Origin: Coleofasciculus sp. B1-GNL1-01
GTDB lineage: Bacteria; Cyanobacteriota; Cyanobacteriia; Cyanobacteriales; Coleofasciculaceae
DNA: 38,235 bases
Reading direction: 5' to 3' (one strand)
NCBI GenBank assembly: GCA_040220235.1
Contig: JAVJTO010000016.1
Within the stretch, counting starts at the first letter, position 1; every line of letters begins with the position of its first letter. Position numbers and translations under genes: made by a program. The notes below the pieces were generated by a model that had not been told where the DNA came from, did no database searches, and worked only from the letters and a program-made list of their open reading frames with translations. Below are positions 9,702 to 19,872 of this stretch, piece by piece.

Positions 9702-10616
9702 TTAATTCGATACATGTTTGAGGATAGTCACCGGACCGGCGTCTTTGAGACTCTGCATTTGCTGGGAATTGCGAACCAACAGCGCCCCGGCAAAGCCAAG
9801 TGAATTTATTGAAATCGACTCAAACTCTTCTTGCGATCGCGGCACAAGCAGCATCCATTCTCGTGTAGCTAGCAGGTTGTAGGGGGCGGATTGTTTGAGT
9901 CCCTCGTGGGGTATACCTACAGCATCCAAAAGCCTGTGATAAGCGTCCAGAGTGGCTTTGGCGGCAACGTTTGGCGTGTCTATCCAACCAGGATTGAATC
10001 GCGTTAGGGCATGAACAAATGGAAAGCTGGGTATTGTACCAATGGAATCCTGGAAATGAGCCGATGCGATCGCGGGTTCGATGGGTAGCTTGGATGTCTC
10101 CGGTGTGAAGGGTAAAGGGACAAGCTGTAAATGTTTGTGTCGCTGACTCGCACCCGCTATTTTGCCGCCGTTATAGAAGACTAAACCATCAATTTCCGCT
10201 AAACCTGCCCACATTGCCTGAAAATCGGATAATGTTAGCCAATTATCCTGGTCTTCATACTCGCGGGTGACGATGAGGAGGTGATAATCAACTACGTTGA
10301 ATTTATTTAACAGACACAGGTGAGTATCGGAAATATTAGCCACGAATAAATCTTCCTCGTAAGGGAGAAAGGGGTTAAAGTCAGCTTTTTTCTTCTGCTG
10401 CTGCTTCTTGGCTTTGGCTTTGCGATCCAGGTTAGAGACAATCCGCACCAGAAAGCGAATCCCATCCTGTTCGACGAACTCATACTCCGTTGCGATCGGT
10501 TGCAGTGCGCCGCATTCGAGGGCGTGTTCAGTTGTCTTTTGAACCGTTGACCATAATGTACCCGGTTTTAGGGTGAGTGTTTTCTGTTCAGTGGGTTTTT
10601 CTTCGGGCATAGTCAA
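9702..10616 (-). CDS. ATP adenylyltransferase / Ap4A phosphorylase (HIT superfamily)
   Basis: NPFLPYE, LLNKFNVV, FYNGGKIAGASQRHKHLQ, NSLGFAGALL. Confidence 0.92.
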   Translation of the reverse strand: MTMPEEKPTEQKTLTLKPGTLWSTVQKTTEHALECGALQPIATEYEFVEQDGIRFLVRIVSNLDRKAKAKKQQQKKKADFNPFLPYEEDLFVANISDTHLCLLNKFNVVDYHLLIVTREYEDQDNWLTLSDFQAMWAGLAEIDGLVFYNGGKIAGASQRHKHLQLVPLPFTPETSKLPIEPAIASAHFQDSIGTIPSFPFVHALTRFNPGWIDTPNVAAKATLDAYHRLLDAVGIPHEGLKQSAPYNLLATREWMLLVPRSQEEFESISINSLGFAGALLVRNSQQMQSLKDAGPVTILKHVSN

Positions 10617-10729
10617 TTGTTATATCAGCCGTATGCGAATCCAATCTAGACGATCTGATGAATTTTGCCCAGAAATCGAGCGTTTCACCATCAAAAACCG
10701 TAATCAGTAATCAGCCATACTTTAGAGAG

Positions 10730-10792
10730 AGATCCCCGACTTGTTGAAGAAGTCGGGGATCTAAAAGTCGGAGATCTAGAAATCGGGGATCT
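10730..10792. repeat. REP-like AGATCCCCGACTT...AAGTCGGGGATCT with two extra degenerate arms
   Basis: Read directly; same family as 9159-9192. Confidence 0.8.
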
Positions 10793-10802
10793 GGTACATT
10801 AA

Positions 10803-11465
10803 CTAATCGCCATAGGAGATTTGAGAATTGAGATTTCGGATTTGCTTACGAAAGGCTCGTAGGGCAGGACTTCTACCAATCGTGCTACTTTGGGTGAGAA
10901 CGTCTGCTACGAGGTCTAAAATCGGTAGTCCTGGGAATGTGGGACTGGTGGAAACTGACTGATATTGTCCTGATTGTAAGGTATAAATCTTCAGTTCGCC
11001 GCGATCGCACAGCCAAAGTTCTGGCACTGCTAAGCTAATGTAACTCTCCATCTGAGTTTTCGAGGTGACATCCACTTCAATAGCCAGATCGGGCGGTGGA
11101 TCAACTGATAAATCGATGCGCTCTTTACCCACCATGACTTGATGATTTTGGATGTAGAAGCATTCATCTGGTTCAATGCCGTAACCCATCTCTTGACGTT
11201 TGAAGGTGGTTGAACCAAAGCATTCACAGTCTATTTCTACTTCTTCTAATATAATTTTGACTAGATCACCAATAATCGATTTTTCTCGCTCATGTTTGGG
11301 TAGTGGCATCCGGATTTCTAATGTTTTCTGGCTGTAGGCAATTCGAGCGGTGCGTTTTTCACCCAACTCGTTCAAGATTTGTTCAAATTCTGACCAATCG
11401 ACATCATGGATCAGCAATCGTTGACCGGGGGGTACGTCGAGTTGTCGGAGTTGAAGCGTGACCAT
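10803..11465 (-). CDS. Uma2 (DUF820) family PD-(D/E)xK protein
   Basis: EIRMPLPKHE, EPDECFY, PPPDLAIEVD, VPELW. Confidence 0.93.
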   Translation of the reverse strand: MVTLQLRQLDVPPGQRLLIHDVDWSEFEQILNELGEKRTARIAYSQKTLEIRMPLPKHEREKSIIGDLVKIILEEVEIDCECFGSTTFKRQEMGYGIEPDECFYIQNHQVMVGKERIDLSVDPPPDLAIEVDVTSKTQMESYISLAVPELWLCDRGELKIYTLQSGQYQSVSTSPTFPGLPILDLVADVLTQSSTIGRSPALRAFRKQIRNLNSQISYGD

Positions 11466-11615
11466 GATGCAAAATCTAAACCTCTATCTTCTAGTTTAAG
11501 TAGTCGGGGTCGATTATTTGAACAGCCGTCAAGAAAATACCCAAGTATTTCTGCCGTACTGTTTAGGGAGCGATCGCGCTTATAATTCAGATCATGGGGA
11601 AGCCGTATCAGACCA

Positions 11616-13076
11616 ATGAGCAACCATCCAGATTTTGACCAATACGACTATCACGTTCTTCAAGAGCTAAGACGCAACCGCGAAGCCGGACGCATTACTT
11701 ACTTGGCACAAGCCCTCAACTCAGACCAAAAGGCTGTGATCAAAGAGTTTCGCTTTGCCCTAGCCGATGCTAGTTGGTCAGGCTATAAAGCCTATCAACG
11801 GGAGATTGAAGTTTTGCAACAACTGGATCATCCCCGCATTCCTCGTTATTTAGATTCCTTTGAAACACTACAAGGCTTTTGCCTAGTGCAGGAGTATAAA
11901 AATGCGCCATCTTTAGCCGAACGACGTAGCTTTACTCCCGAGCAGATTCAGCAAATAGCGGTGTCAGTCTTAGAAATATTAGTTTATTTGCAACAGCGCG
12001 TTCCGCCAATGCTCCATCGGGATATCAAACCCGAAAATATCCTGGTAGACAAGTATTTGAATGCTTATTTGGTAGATTTTGGCTTGGCTAGGATTGGGGG
12101 TGAGCAAATGGCGCTCAGTAGCGTAGCGGCGGGAACTCTGGGATTTATGCCACCGGAGGAACAGTTTGGACGTCCCCTGACAGAGGCTTCTGACCTTTAT
12201 AGTTTAGGAGTAACGTTATTTTGCTTACTCACAGGCACGCGATCGCTCAATATCAGTAATTTAATTGATGATAACTATCGGTTTGATATCAAGAAATTAG
12301 TTCCCCAACTCAATCCTAGCTTTATCGCCTGGTTGGAGAAGATGATAGCACCGAATGTGAAACAGCGCTTCCAGAATGCAGAGGTTGCGTTGGAGGCGCT
12401 TAAGTCAAAACGGTGGGTTGGTAAGGCTGATCGCGTCGAGAATTTAGTCGGTGTGATCAAAGGGAGAACGCTCACTTATATTGTGGGGTTAGCCACCTTG
12501 GGTATTGTCGCCGGGGTGGGAACAACTGTTATCACTCCTCAGCCAGAGAAGCAGTTGCTGGAGTCTCAACCAGAGAAGCAGTTGCTAGAAAGAAACAGAT
12601 GTCTAGGATGTAATCTGCAGGGTGCTGACTTAGAGTATGCTAACCTGACGGGTGCTGGACTTGGGAATGCCAACCTCAAAGATGCCAACCTGAAGAGAGC
12701 TGGACTCGGGCATGCCAACCTTAAAGATGCCAACCTGGAGGGTGCTAACTTGGCGAGTGCTAACTTGGCGAGTGCTAACCTTAAAGATGCTAACTTGGAG
12801 GGTGCTAACTTAGCGGGTGCTAATTTGATAAACACCTCTTTAGAGGGAGCCAACCTCAAAGGTGCCAATTTGATGGCTACCAACCTCCAGTATGCCATCC
12901 TTTGGGATGCTAACCTAGAGGGTGCTGATCTGACTAATGCTAACCTGGCAGTTGCCCACTTAGGGAATGCTGATCTGGAGTATGCCAACTTGCTGGATGC
13001 TAACCTCAAAGGTGCTAACCTCAAAGGTGCCAATCTCAAAGGTGCGATTATGCCTGATGGAACCCAACATCCATAG
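11616..13076 (+). CDS. Ser/Thr protein kinase with TM segment and C-terminal pentapeptide repeats
   Basis: VIKEF, HRDIKPEN, DFG, GTLGFMPPE; A(N/D)Lxx repeats ending MPDG. Confidence 0.95.
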   Translation: MSNHPDFDQYDYHVLQELRRNREAGRITYLAQALNSDQKAVIKEFRFALADASWSGYKAYQREIEVLQQLDHPRIPRYLDSFETLQGFCLVQEYKNAPSLAERRSFTPEQIQQIAVSVLEILVYLQQRVPPMLHRDIKPENILVDKYLNAYLVDFGLARIGGEQMALSSVAAGTLGFMPPEEQFGRPLTEASDLYSLGVTLFCLLTGTRSLNISNLIDDNYRFDIKKLVPQLNPSFIAWLEKMIAPNVKQRFQNAEVALEALKSKRWVGKADRVENLVGVIKGRTLTYIVGLATLGIVAGVGTTVITPQPEKQLLESQPEKQLLERNRCLGCNLQGADLEYANLTGAGLGNANLKDANLKRAGLGHANLKDANLEGANLASANLASANLKDANLEGANLAGANLINTSLEGANLKGANLMATNLQYAILWDANLEGADLTNANLAVAHLGNADLEYANLLDANLKGANLKGANLKGAIMPDGTQHP

Positions 13077-13298
13077 ATGAGATGTGTGTCGCAAGAAGGG
13101 TAATTTATAAGCAAGTGTTTTGGCTGTCTTGTCAACGTTTTGAGACATAAAATTTGTGCATTGCTCCTATCGTTTCATTCCTCCCAAATACAACACCGAC
13201 CTTGCTGCGCGATCATCTCATGAGAACTTCTGTTGATGCCAGATGCTGTAATATAACCGGGTATTGCCCCAGACAAAAGGACACATCGACTTATAATT

Positions 13299-13742
13299 AT
13301 GCAACCTACTACTAATAACTTAATGGGAAAAGTTAAAACGACCCTAGTTATCACTAATCGTATTGATCAAGCTAATGCCGAAGATGGTCTGATTCCTGCT
13401 GATCGAGTGCGCTCTATCACCTTAACTAACGTTTTAGTCGATACGGGAGCCACAACCTTGTGTCTACCTAAATCTATCATTAATCAGTTAGGATTAAAAC
13501 TCCTTAAAGAAGTCGATGTCGCCACAGCTACGGGAATTGGCAAAGCGAGAATCTTTCAAGATGCCAAAATCTCTCTGTTGGGACGAGAAGGAACATTTGA
13601 ATGTTTGGAACTTCCAGGAGGAAGTGATCCCTTACTAGGTGTTATCCCACTGGAAGCATTGGGAATTGAACTGGACTTGAAAAATCAAACCTTAAAACTA
13701 TTACCCATTAGCCCAACTGAAACCTATTTTACCATCCTTTAA
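13299..13742 (+). CDS. Clan AA (retropepsin-like) aspartic protease
   Basis: LVDTGAT catalytic motif and LLGVIPLE. Confidence 0.88.
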   Translation: MQPTTNNLMGKVKTTLVITNRIDQANAEDGLIPADRVRSITLTNVLVDTGATTLCLPKSIINQLGLKLLKEVDVATATGIGKARIFQDAKISLLGREGTFECLELPGGSDPLLGVIPLEALGIELDLKNQTLKLLPISPTETYFTIL

Positions 13743-13863
13743 GTAGCTGCAATTGTTAGTAAAGCCTTGAGAATCAAACAAAGGTACGTTGCGCCTATGT
13801 CAAGATGTCTTGGTTAGGGTTAAAAAGGCAAGTTGTAGATTTTTGTATTACTTATTCTCCATT

Positions 13864-14214
13864 TTATTCGCTTTCCAGTACCTCCTGTAATTGTAAAGCC
13901 AGCAAGGGAAGATTATTTTTAATCGCTCTCCAAATTATCTCTAATTCTACCTGGAAGTATTCATGAAAAATAATATTTCGCATATCCCCCATCAATCGCC
14001 AAGGTATCTGGGGGTAGCGAGATTGAATTTCAGGGGGAATATTTCTAGCCGCCTCACCAATAATACCAAAGTCGTAGAGGACAGCTTTAATAATAGTTCT
14101 GTTTACCATGAAATCTTCAAATTCCATTCCCTCTGTCCTTTGTAAAATTTCGGCAATGGATTGCAGAATATCTTGAATGCGTAGCTGCCAATCTCTAGAA
14201 GGCACGGATGACAT
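13864..14214 (-). CDS. hepT: HepT-like HEPN ribonuclease toxin (DUF86)
   Basis: IIGEAA, IPWR, RNIIFH (Rx4H) followed by EY; overlaps MNT gene. Confidence 0.92.
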   Translation of the reverse strand: MSSVPSRDWQLRIQDILQSIAEILQRTEGMEFEDFMVNRTIIKAVLYDFGIIGEAARNIPPEIQSRYPQIPWRLMGDMRNIIFHEYFQVELEIIWRAIKNNLPLLALQLQEVLESE

Positions 14215-14488
14215 CCTTTAGTACAGGTTCCCGCAAATGTTCCCTTAACGCCTTCTGGGTACCCATATCTACAGAACACCCCAAAATATCTTCTAAATAA
14301 AGTCGCACGGCTATGAATTCAAATAGTCCCACTGGTCGATTAAACTCTACCAAGAAGTCTACATCACTATCTGGACGAGCTTCATCCCGTGCTACTGAAC
14401 CAAATAACTCCAGGGACTTTACGCCCATCTCCTGTAACTGTTCTCGGTGTGCCGTAATAATTGCGATTACTTCATCCCTTTTCATCAT
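14195..14488 (-). CDS. mntA: MntA-like minimal nucleotidyltransferase antitoxin
   Basis: FGSVARDEARPDSDVD = GSx10DxD; upstream of HEPN gene. Confidence 0.92.
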   Translation of the reverse strand: MMKRDEVIAIITAHREQLQEMGVKSLELFGSVARDEARPDSDVDFLVEFNRPVGLFEFIAVRLYLEDILGCSVDMGTQKALREHLREPVLKDVIRAF

Positions 14489-14663
14489 GGATTTAAGTCA
14501 AATGGCACGGACTCATACCATTATACCAAATTCATCTAAATAACTAACCTCAAATAACTAAATAGATATCTCTGGACTATAAACATCTCCTTTCAAAGGA
14601 TTAGTTATAAGAATCTCAACTTTAAAGCGAAAGTAAGCTAAAATTTACTGGCGTGACTCTTTG

Positions 14664-14749
14664 AACCCGTTTTAACGGGTTTTAGCTTTTAGCCCGTAGA
14701 CGCGGAGCGGCTTCTCGAAGAGTACTTTAGTTCAGGGCTTTAGTTCAGG
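14664..14749. repeat. REP/REPIN-like unit interrupted by a 23 bp small repeat
   Basis: AACCCGTTTTAACGGGTT-TTAGCTTTTAGCCC (cf. 33366-33380), then GTA-[GACGCGGAGCGGCTTCTCGAAGA]-GTA. Confidence 0.65.
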
Positions 14750-14779
14750 ACTTATTGATCGATTGATTATACCAAAAAA

Positions 14780-15475
14780 ATGCCAATGACTAATAATTAT
14801 TCTGCTATACCATTCGAGCTTTTACTCATTACTGACAAAGCCGCTTGTCATCGGGCAGGTCGAACTGTAGAACAAACTCTAACAAGTCTCCTAAACGACA
14901 TTAATTCTCGGCGTATTGCTATACTTATCCGTGACAAAAAAGCGACGATTTCAGAGATTGCTACCCTAATTAGTAACTTGAAGCCGTTAACTGACTCGAC
15001 GGGTGTATTGTTGCTCGTACACAGCTATCCTCAATTAGCATTAGAATACAATCTAGCGGGAGTTCATCTATCATCAACGACGGCTATTGAACCTGTACGT
15101 CAACAACTTCCACCTGAGATGCTTATAGGAGTCTCGCGTCATGGAACCGACGCACTGGATCAGAATGACATTGGTTTGGCTGACTATGCTACGATTAGTC
15201 CAGTTTACTCCCCTCTGTCAAAACCGGAGGATCAGCGCAACACATTAGGTTTACAGGGATTGAGAGATAGCGTTAGGCGCAGTTATCGCCCATTAGTCGC
15301 CCTTGGTGGAATTGAACCAGGGCGAGTGAGTGCTGCGATCGCACAAGGGGCACAAGCCGTTGCTGTCATTGGTGCGGTGATGGGGGCAGAAAATCCGGCG
15401 AGTGTGGTTCAATTATTACTTCAGGAGGATGCTCATCGGGCAACAAAACCACGATTTAGAGGATTGACTTTGTAG
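14780..15475 (+). CDS. Thiamine phosphate synthase-like (ThiE/TenI family), short form
   Basis: LLLITD, GVHL, IGVSRH, ADYATISPVY, VALGGI, AVIGAV. Confidence 0.85.
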   Translation: MPMTNNYSAIPFELLLITDKAACHRAGRTVEQTLTSLLNDINSRRIAILIRDKKATISEIATLISNLKPLTDSTGVLLLVHSYPQLALEYNLAGVHLSSTTAIEPVRQQLPPEMLIGVSRHGTDALDQNDIGLADYATISPVYSPLSKPEDQRNTLGLQGLRDSVRRSYRPLVALGGIEPGRVSAAIAQGAQAVAVIGAVMGAENPASVVQLLLQEDAHRATKPRFRGLTL

Positions 15476-15579
15476 AGAGATGTTCCGCTAAAACCTCTAT
15501 ATGGCTTTGAATGGCTAATTGCTAGTTCCGAATTCTATCCAAATAAGATATCCTAACCAAATAACTTACTCTAACTGCT

Positions 15580-16371
15580 ATGAAAAGTCTACTCACCTCG
15601 CTGATCGTCGCTCCACTATTTACTCTACTGAGTTCAGCCATTGCTTTAGCTGAAGTCCGCACTCAAGTGATTGAATACCAACAGGGTGATACTATACTCC
15701 AAGGCTTTCTGGCTTACGATGACGAGATTCAGGGAAAGCGCCCTGGTGTGATGGTGGTTCACGCTTGGAAAGGGTTGGGAGATTACGAGAAGCAACGGGC
15801 AAAACAACTTGCTGAATTGGGTTATGTGGCATTTGCGGCTGATATTTATGGTAAAGGAATTCGACCCAAAACTAACGAAGCCGCCAGAGAACAAGCGACG
15901 ATTTATCGATCCAATCGCCAATTAATGCGCGATCGCGCTCAGGCTGGATTACAAGTGTTGCAACAATATCCGTTGACGGATGGGAATCAAGTTGCCGCGA
16001 TCGGCTATTGTTTTGGGGGCGGTACAGTATTAGAATTAGCCCGCAGTGGTGCGCCAGTGGCTGGGGTTGTTAGTTTCCATGGCAATTTGGATACACCCAA
16101 TCCCGCAGATGCTCAAGCGATTAAAGGTAGAGTTCTGGTGTTGCATGGTGCAGCCGATCCTTTAGTTCCTGATCAGCAAGTTGATGCGTTTAAACGGGAA
16201 ATGAACTATGCCAATGTAGACTGGCAAATGGTTATGTATGGTAATGCTGTTCACAGCTTTAGTGATCCGAATGCGGGGAATGATCCTTCAACGGGAGTGG
16301 CTTACAATGAGAAGGCAGATAAGCGCTCTTGGGCGGCAATGAATCGGTTTTTTGCTGAATTATTTCGCTAG
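15580..16371 (+). CDS. Dienelactone hydrolase family protein with signal peptide
   Basis: GYCFGG nucleophile, HGAADPLV, HSF; N-terminal AIALA signal. Confidence 0.93.
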   Translation: MKSLLTSLIVAPLFTLLSSAIALAEVRTQVIEYQQGDTILQGFLAYDDEIQGKRPGVMVVHAWKGLGDYEKQRAKQLAELGYVAFAADIYGKGIRPKTNEAAREQATIYRSNRQLMRDRAQAGLQVLQQYPLTDGNQVAAIGYCFGGGTVLELARSGAPVAGVVSFHGNLDTPNPADAQAIKGRVLVLHGAADPLVPDQQVDAFKREMNYANVDWQMVMYGNAVHSFSDPNAGNDPSTGVAYNEKADKRSWAAMNRFFAELFR

Positions 16372-16577
16372 ATTTGTCTTATGTCCTTTGTCCTTTGAAC
16401 GGCTGGATATGATATCGCTGATCAAGATAACCTGACTGGATGAGAACATCCGCGATCGGTGCGTTTGTAGTAAGCGCTTTAGCGTTTATATTAATCTGGT
16501 TGAAACTCGCTCGTTGCTGGTAACGTCAATGCTTCTGGAAACCATTGGCGTTGATCAAAGGATTGGTACTTTACACT

Positions 16578-17231
16578 ATGCGTCGCATTTTTGGCATCCT
16601 ACCTCTGGTATTTTTACTGCAAAGTCTTCCCGTTGTTGCCCAAGAGTCAACAACCCTTGACCCCGTTGAACAGGTTATCGCGGCGGGATGGATGACTCGC
16701 GATCGCGATGGGGATTTTCAGGGACAAAGAATCCTCAATCGGGCTGAGTTGGCATCGATTTTAGTCAAAACCTTTGACTTAGAAAAACGAGTCGCCCAAC
16801 CCGACGAACCTATTGCTGTTCTCGATGTACCTACCTCTCACTGGGCATATCGCGATATTCAATTAGTCTTGCAAAATAATGTTATGACGGGTTACCGTCA
16901 GGGACGATTTTTTCCCAATCAACGGGTTACTCGTGCCGAAGCTTTCTCTATCTTAGCTCAAGCCTATGGCGTGTTTCAGTTTCCAGAGGATACGGTGGCT
17001 GAACTGCTTTCGCGCTATCCCGATGCTGAGAAAATCCCAACTTGGGCAAGAAAGTCAATGGCAACGGCTTTGTATGAGGGGTTTGTTAATATCGATCCCC
17101 TGACTAATTCTATTGATCCTCTCGCCCCTATGACTCGTGGAGATATGGCTTATGCGTTGAGTCAATATCTGGAACGACAGGAAACCACTGCGCCGATTCC
17201 TTGGACGATTGAGGAACCTGCGCCTATGTAA
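16578..17231 (+). CDS. S-layer homology (SLH) domain protein
   Basis: Signal peptide; LNRAEL, DVPTSHWAY, VTRAEA, MTRGDMA; ATG 16578 preferred. Confidence 0.88.
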   Translation: MRRIFGILPLVFLLQSLPVVAQESTTLDPVEQVIAAGWMTRDRDGDFQGQRILNRAELASILVKTFDLEKRVAQPDEPIAVLDVPTSHWAYRDIQLVLQNNVMTGYRQGRFFPNQRVTRAEAFSILAQAYGVFQFPEDTVAELLSRYPDAEKIPTWARKSMATALYEGFVNIDPLTNSIDPLAPMTRGDMAYALSQYLERQETTAPIPWTIEEPAPM

Positions 17232-17463
17232 CAAAATGTCGCGGAAACACCTTTTGACCCAATGATTTGAGTATAGGGCGATCCGAGCCGATTGAACAGA
17301 GTCCAGTTGTTCATTTTGGCAAGCGGATCGCCCTCCATTCCTCTATGATGGGAAAGATCCGGTTTGGTTGCAGGAATACCCTGAACAATAAACCATGAAC
17401 AATGTACAATCTTTGTTATTGCTCAGCTATTTTTGAACCTAATTTAGGAGAAAGAGTTATCCC

Positions 17464-18114
17464 ATGGATTCTCAACCCTCTAATGATAATATACACACTC
17501 ATTTAGTTTCAGCCGTGGTTGAGGCTACACTCAACCAAAATCAACCCCGTCTTAATAAACTCCTGAAAACCGCGCTCTATGACATTCCTAGCGAACAACC
17601 GGAATCATTGCGAGCGGAAGTTGCCAGAAACTTCTTGATTCAAGTCGCTCAACGGTTAGAGGAATCCCTAGGGGCAAAGCATCATATCCTGGCTTGGTTT
17701 ATGGTATATGTCGGCTTGGGAAAAATACTACCAGAGGCAATTCAAGCGACGCAAATGGTTCTCGATGAGGGATTAAAACCGTTTGCCGATTTCTTTGTGG
17801 ATCGTCAAGGGATTCATTTCTATAATCATGGTGATCAGGCGGACAATATTAATAAAATTCCGCCTCGCCTCTCTGAGTTTACCCAGATGACGGTGCGGAT
17901 TTCTCAGGACGAAGTGCAGCAGGTTATGGGGAAATTCAGTTTATCGGAAGAGAAAGCCCGACAAGTGGTCTTAAATTTGAAGATTTTGGAGCAAAAAATG
18001 AATGTACAGTTTCAACAATTATTGATGGTTTTAGATTCTAATCAAGCTTTGCTAAATCAGGTGATGACATTGGATTTAAGTAAACCCGATAATCCCAATA
18101 GTTTTGGTATGTAA
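17464..18114 (+). CDS. Hypothetical protein
   Basis: 216 aa ORF with AGGAG upstream; no recognised motif. Confidence 0.75.
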   Translation: MDSQPSNDNIHTHLVSAVVEATLNQNQPRLNKLLKTALYDIPSEQPESLRAEVARNFLIQVAQRLEESLGAKHHILAWFMVYVGLGKILPEAIQATQMVLDEGLKPFADFFVDRQGIHFYNHGDQADNINKIPPRLSEFTQMTVRISQDEVQQVMGKFSLSEEKARQVVLNLKILEQKMNVQFQQLLMVLDSNQALLNQVMTLDLSKPDNPNSFGM

Positions 18115-18183
18115 CAATGAGGCAGGAGGCATAATAGTGTAAGGTTTCGGATATCTGCTAAATACTGAATCAGGGCTTTAGTC

Positions 18184-19863
18184 ATGGGATGGAAGAGACT
18201 TGGATGCGCTACCTTCGTCAGTATTTTTGTTGGCGTCTCAGTTCCGTTGCGATTAAATTCAACTGGATTATTCTCCAAAACGCCTCTGTTGGCGTTCTCA
18301 ATTAATGCCCGTAAAGCCGAGGCGGAGCGATGGTTGAACCAAGGAATTGAACAGTTGCGCCAGCAGGAATGGGATGCGGCGATACAGTCGAGTCAGCAAG
18401 CATTGACCCTCTATCAGGATACTCGCGATCGCGTGGGTATAGCCAAGTCTTTAAATTATCTGGGATGGGGGTTATATCAGAACGGTAAATATCAAGCCGC
18501 CGAGCAAAGATTGCGCCTAGGAATTCAGAGTTTGGCATCGGTATCACCGAATCAGAAAAGCCAGGATACCCAATCCCAACGCTTAGAAACACAGGCAGCA
18601 ATTTATCAGCTATTGCAAAAAGTATTAATTGCTCAGGGTAAAATTAATGAAGCACTTTTAGTGTCTGAGCAGAGTCGGGTGAGGGGGTTGAGCGAATTAG
18701 TAAATAGGGGTGATCCTAACGGGTCAACAATTACGGCTGTTATGGCAGAACCAACCATTGAGCAGATTCAACAAATTGCCCAAGAGCGAAACGCCACTCT
18801 GATCGAATACTCGATTATTGATAATCCCTTGGCTGAGGCGAATCAACCCGAAGAACTCTTTATTTGGGTGATTGAACCAACCGGAAAAATCACCTTTCGC
18901 CAGAGCAATCTTACTCAACTTTGGCAGAAGCAAAAGACGACGCTGACAGAGTATGTAAGCAACATTCGTCAATCCCTCGCCGCTTCCCAGTGGGGTGTTG
19001 GTTTCTCTCGGCGTAAGATTCCCCCGTTTAGGCAATTGTATCAGGTTTTAATTGAACCGATCGCGGATAAATTGCCCACTGATCCTAACGCTCATGTTAT
19101 CTTCATTCCCCAACAATCTCTGTTGATGATTCCCTTCTCTCCTCTACAAGATGAGTCGGGTAATTATTTGCTGGAAAAACACACCATTTTAACGGCTCCA
19201 GCGATAATGGTATTGGATATTACCCGGCAAACTCGGGTGAATCGTCCCGACTCTGTGCAACAATGGTTAGTCGTGGGAAATCCTCACCCCATGCCTGGAG
19301 AGTTCTCGCCATTACCTGCCGCTGAACAAGAAGCCCAGGCGATTGCATCGTTGGTGAATACCCAAGCGATTACCGGAGAGGTAGCCACGAAAGCCGAGAT
19401 TGTGCCGCAGATGCCCGCGTCACGAGTGATTCATCTCGCCACTCATGGTATCTTTGATGAACAGCAAGGATGGGAGAGTGCGATCGCGTTAGCACCAACG
19501 CAGACGGATAATGGCTGGCTAACGGCAAGAGAAATCCTGGATTTAAACCTGAATGCGGAGTTAGTGGTTCTCAGCGCTTGTAATACGGGGCGAGGGAGTA
19601 TTAGTGGTGATGGGGTGGCTAGTTTATCGAGTGCTTTAATTGCATCAGGGGCGTCTAGTGTGATTGTTTCTTTGTGGTCAATTCCTGACTCACCCACCGC
19701 CTTTTTAATGCAGGAATTTTATGCCAATTTACAGCAAAATTCTGACAAAGCCCAAGCCTTACGAAAAGCCATGTTAACCACAATGGAAAACCATCCCGAT
19801 CTCCGGGATTGGGCAGCATTTACGTTAATTGGTGAAAGTGAAAGCCAATCGCCCACAGACTAG
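18184..19863 (+). CDS. TPR + CHAT (caspase-like) domain protein
   Basis: HLATHG and VLSACNTG dyad, VSLWS, WAAFTLIG; short N-terminal TPR region. Confidence 0.93.
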   Translation: MGWKRLGCATFVSIFVGVSVPLRLNSTGLFSKTPLLAFSINARKAEAERWLNQGIEQLRQQEWDAAIQSSQQALTLYQDTRDRVGIAKSLNYLGWGLYQNGKYQAAEQRLRLGIQSLASVSPNQKSQDTQSQRLETQAAIYQLLQKVLIAQGKINEALLVSEQSRVRGLSELVNRGDPNGSTITAVMAEPTIEQIQQIAQERNATLIEYSIIDNPLAEANQPEELFIWVIEPTGKITFRQSNLTQLWQKQKTTLTEYVSNIRQSLAASQWGVGFSRRKIPPFRQLYQVLIEPIADKLPTDPNAHVIFIPQQSLLMIPFSPLQDESGNYLLEKHTILTAPAIMVLDITRQTRVNRPDSVQQWLVVGNPHPMPGEFSPLPAAEQEAQAIASLVNTQAITGEVATKAEIVPQMPASRVIHLATHGIFDEQQGWESAIALAPTQTDNGWLTAREILDLNLNAELVVLSACNTGRGSISGDGVASLSSALIASGASSVIVSLWSIPDSPTAFLMQEFYANLQQNSDKAQALRKAMLTTMENHPDLRDWAAFTLIGESESQSPTD

Positions 19864-19872
19864 AAGTCTGGG

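Noticed and set aside
12566..13135. 189 aa minus-strand LAP/LAS repeat ORF
   Set aside because: Antisense of pentapeptide repeat codons
18184..19863. CHAT protease as part of a CRISPR-linked or defence system
   Set aside because: No cas or effector neighbours; TPR-CHAT proteins are common in filamentous cyanobacteria
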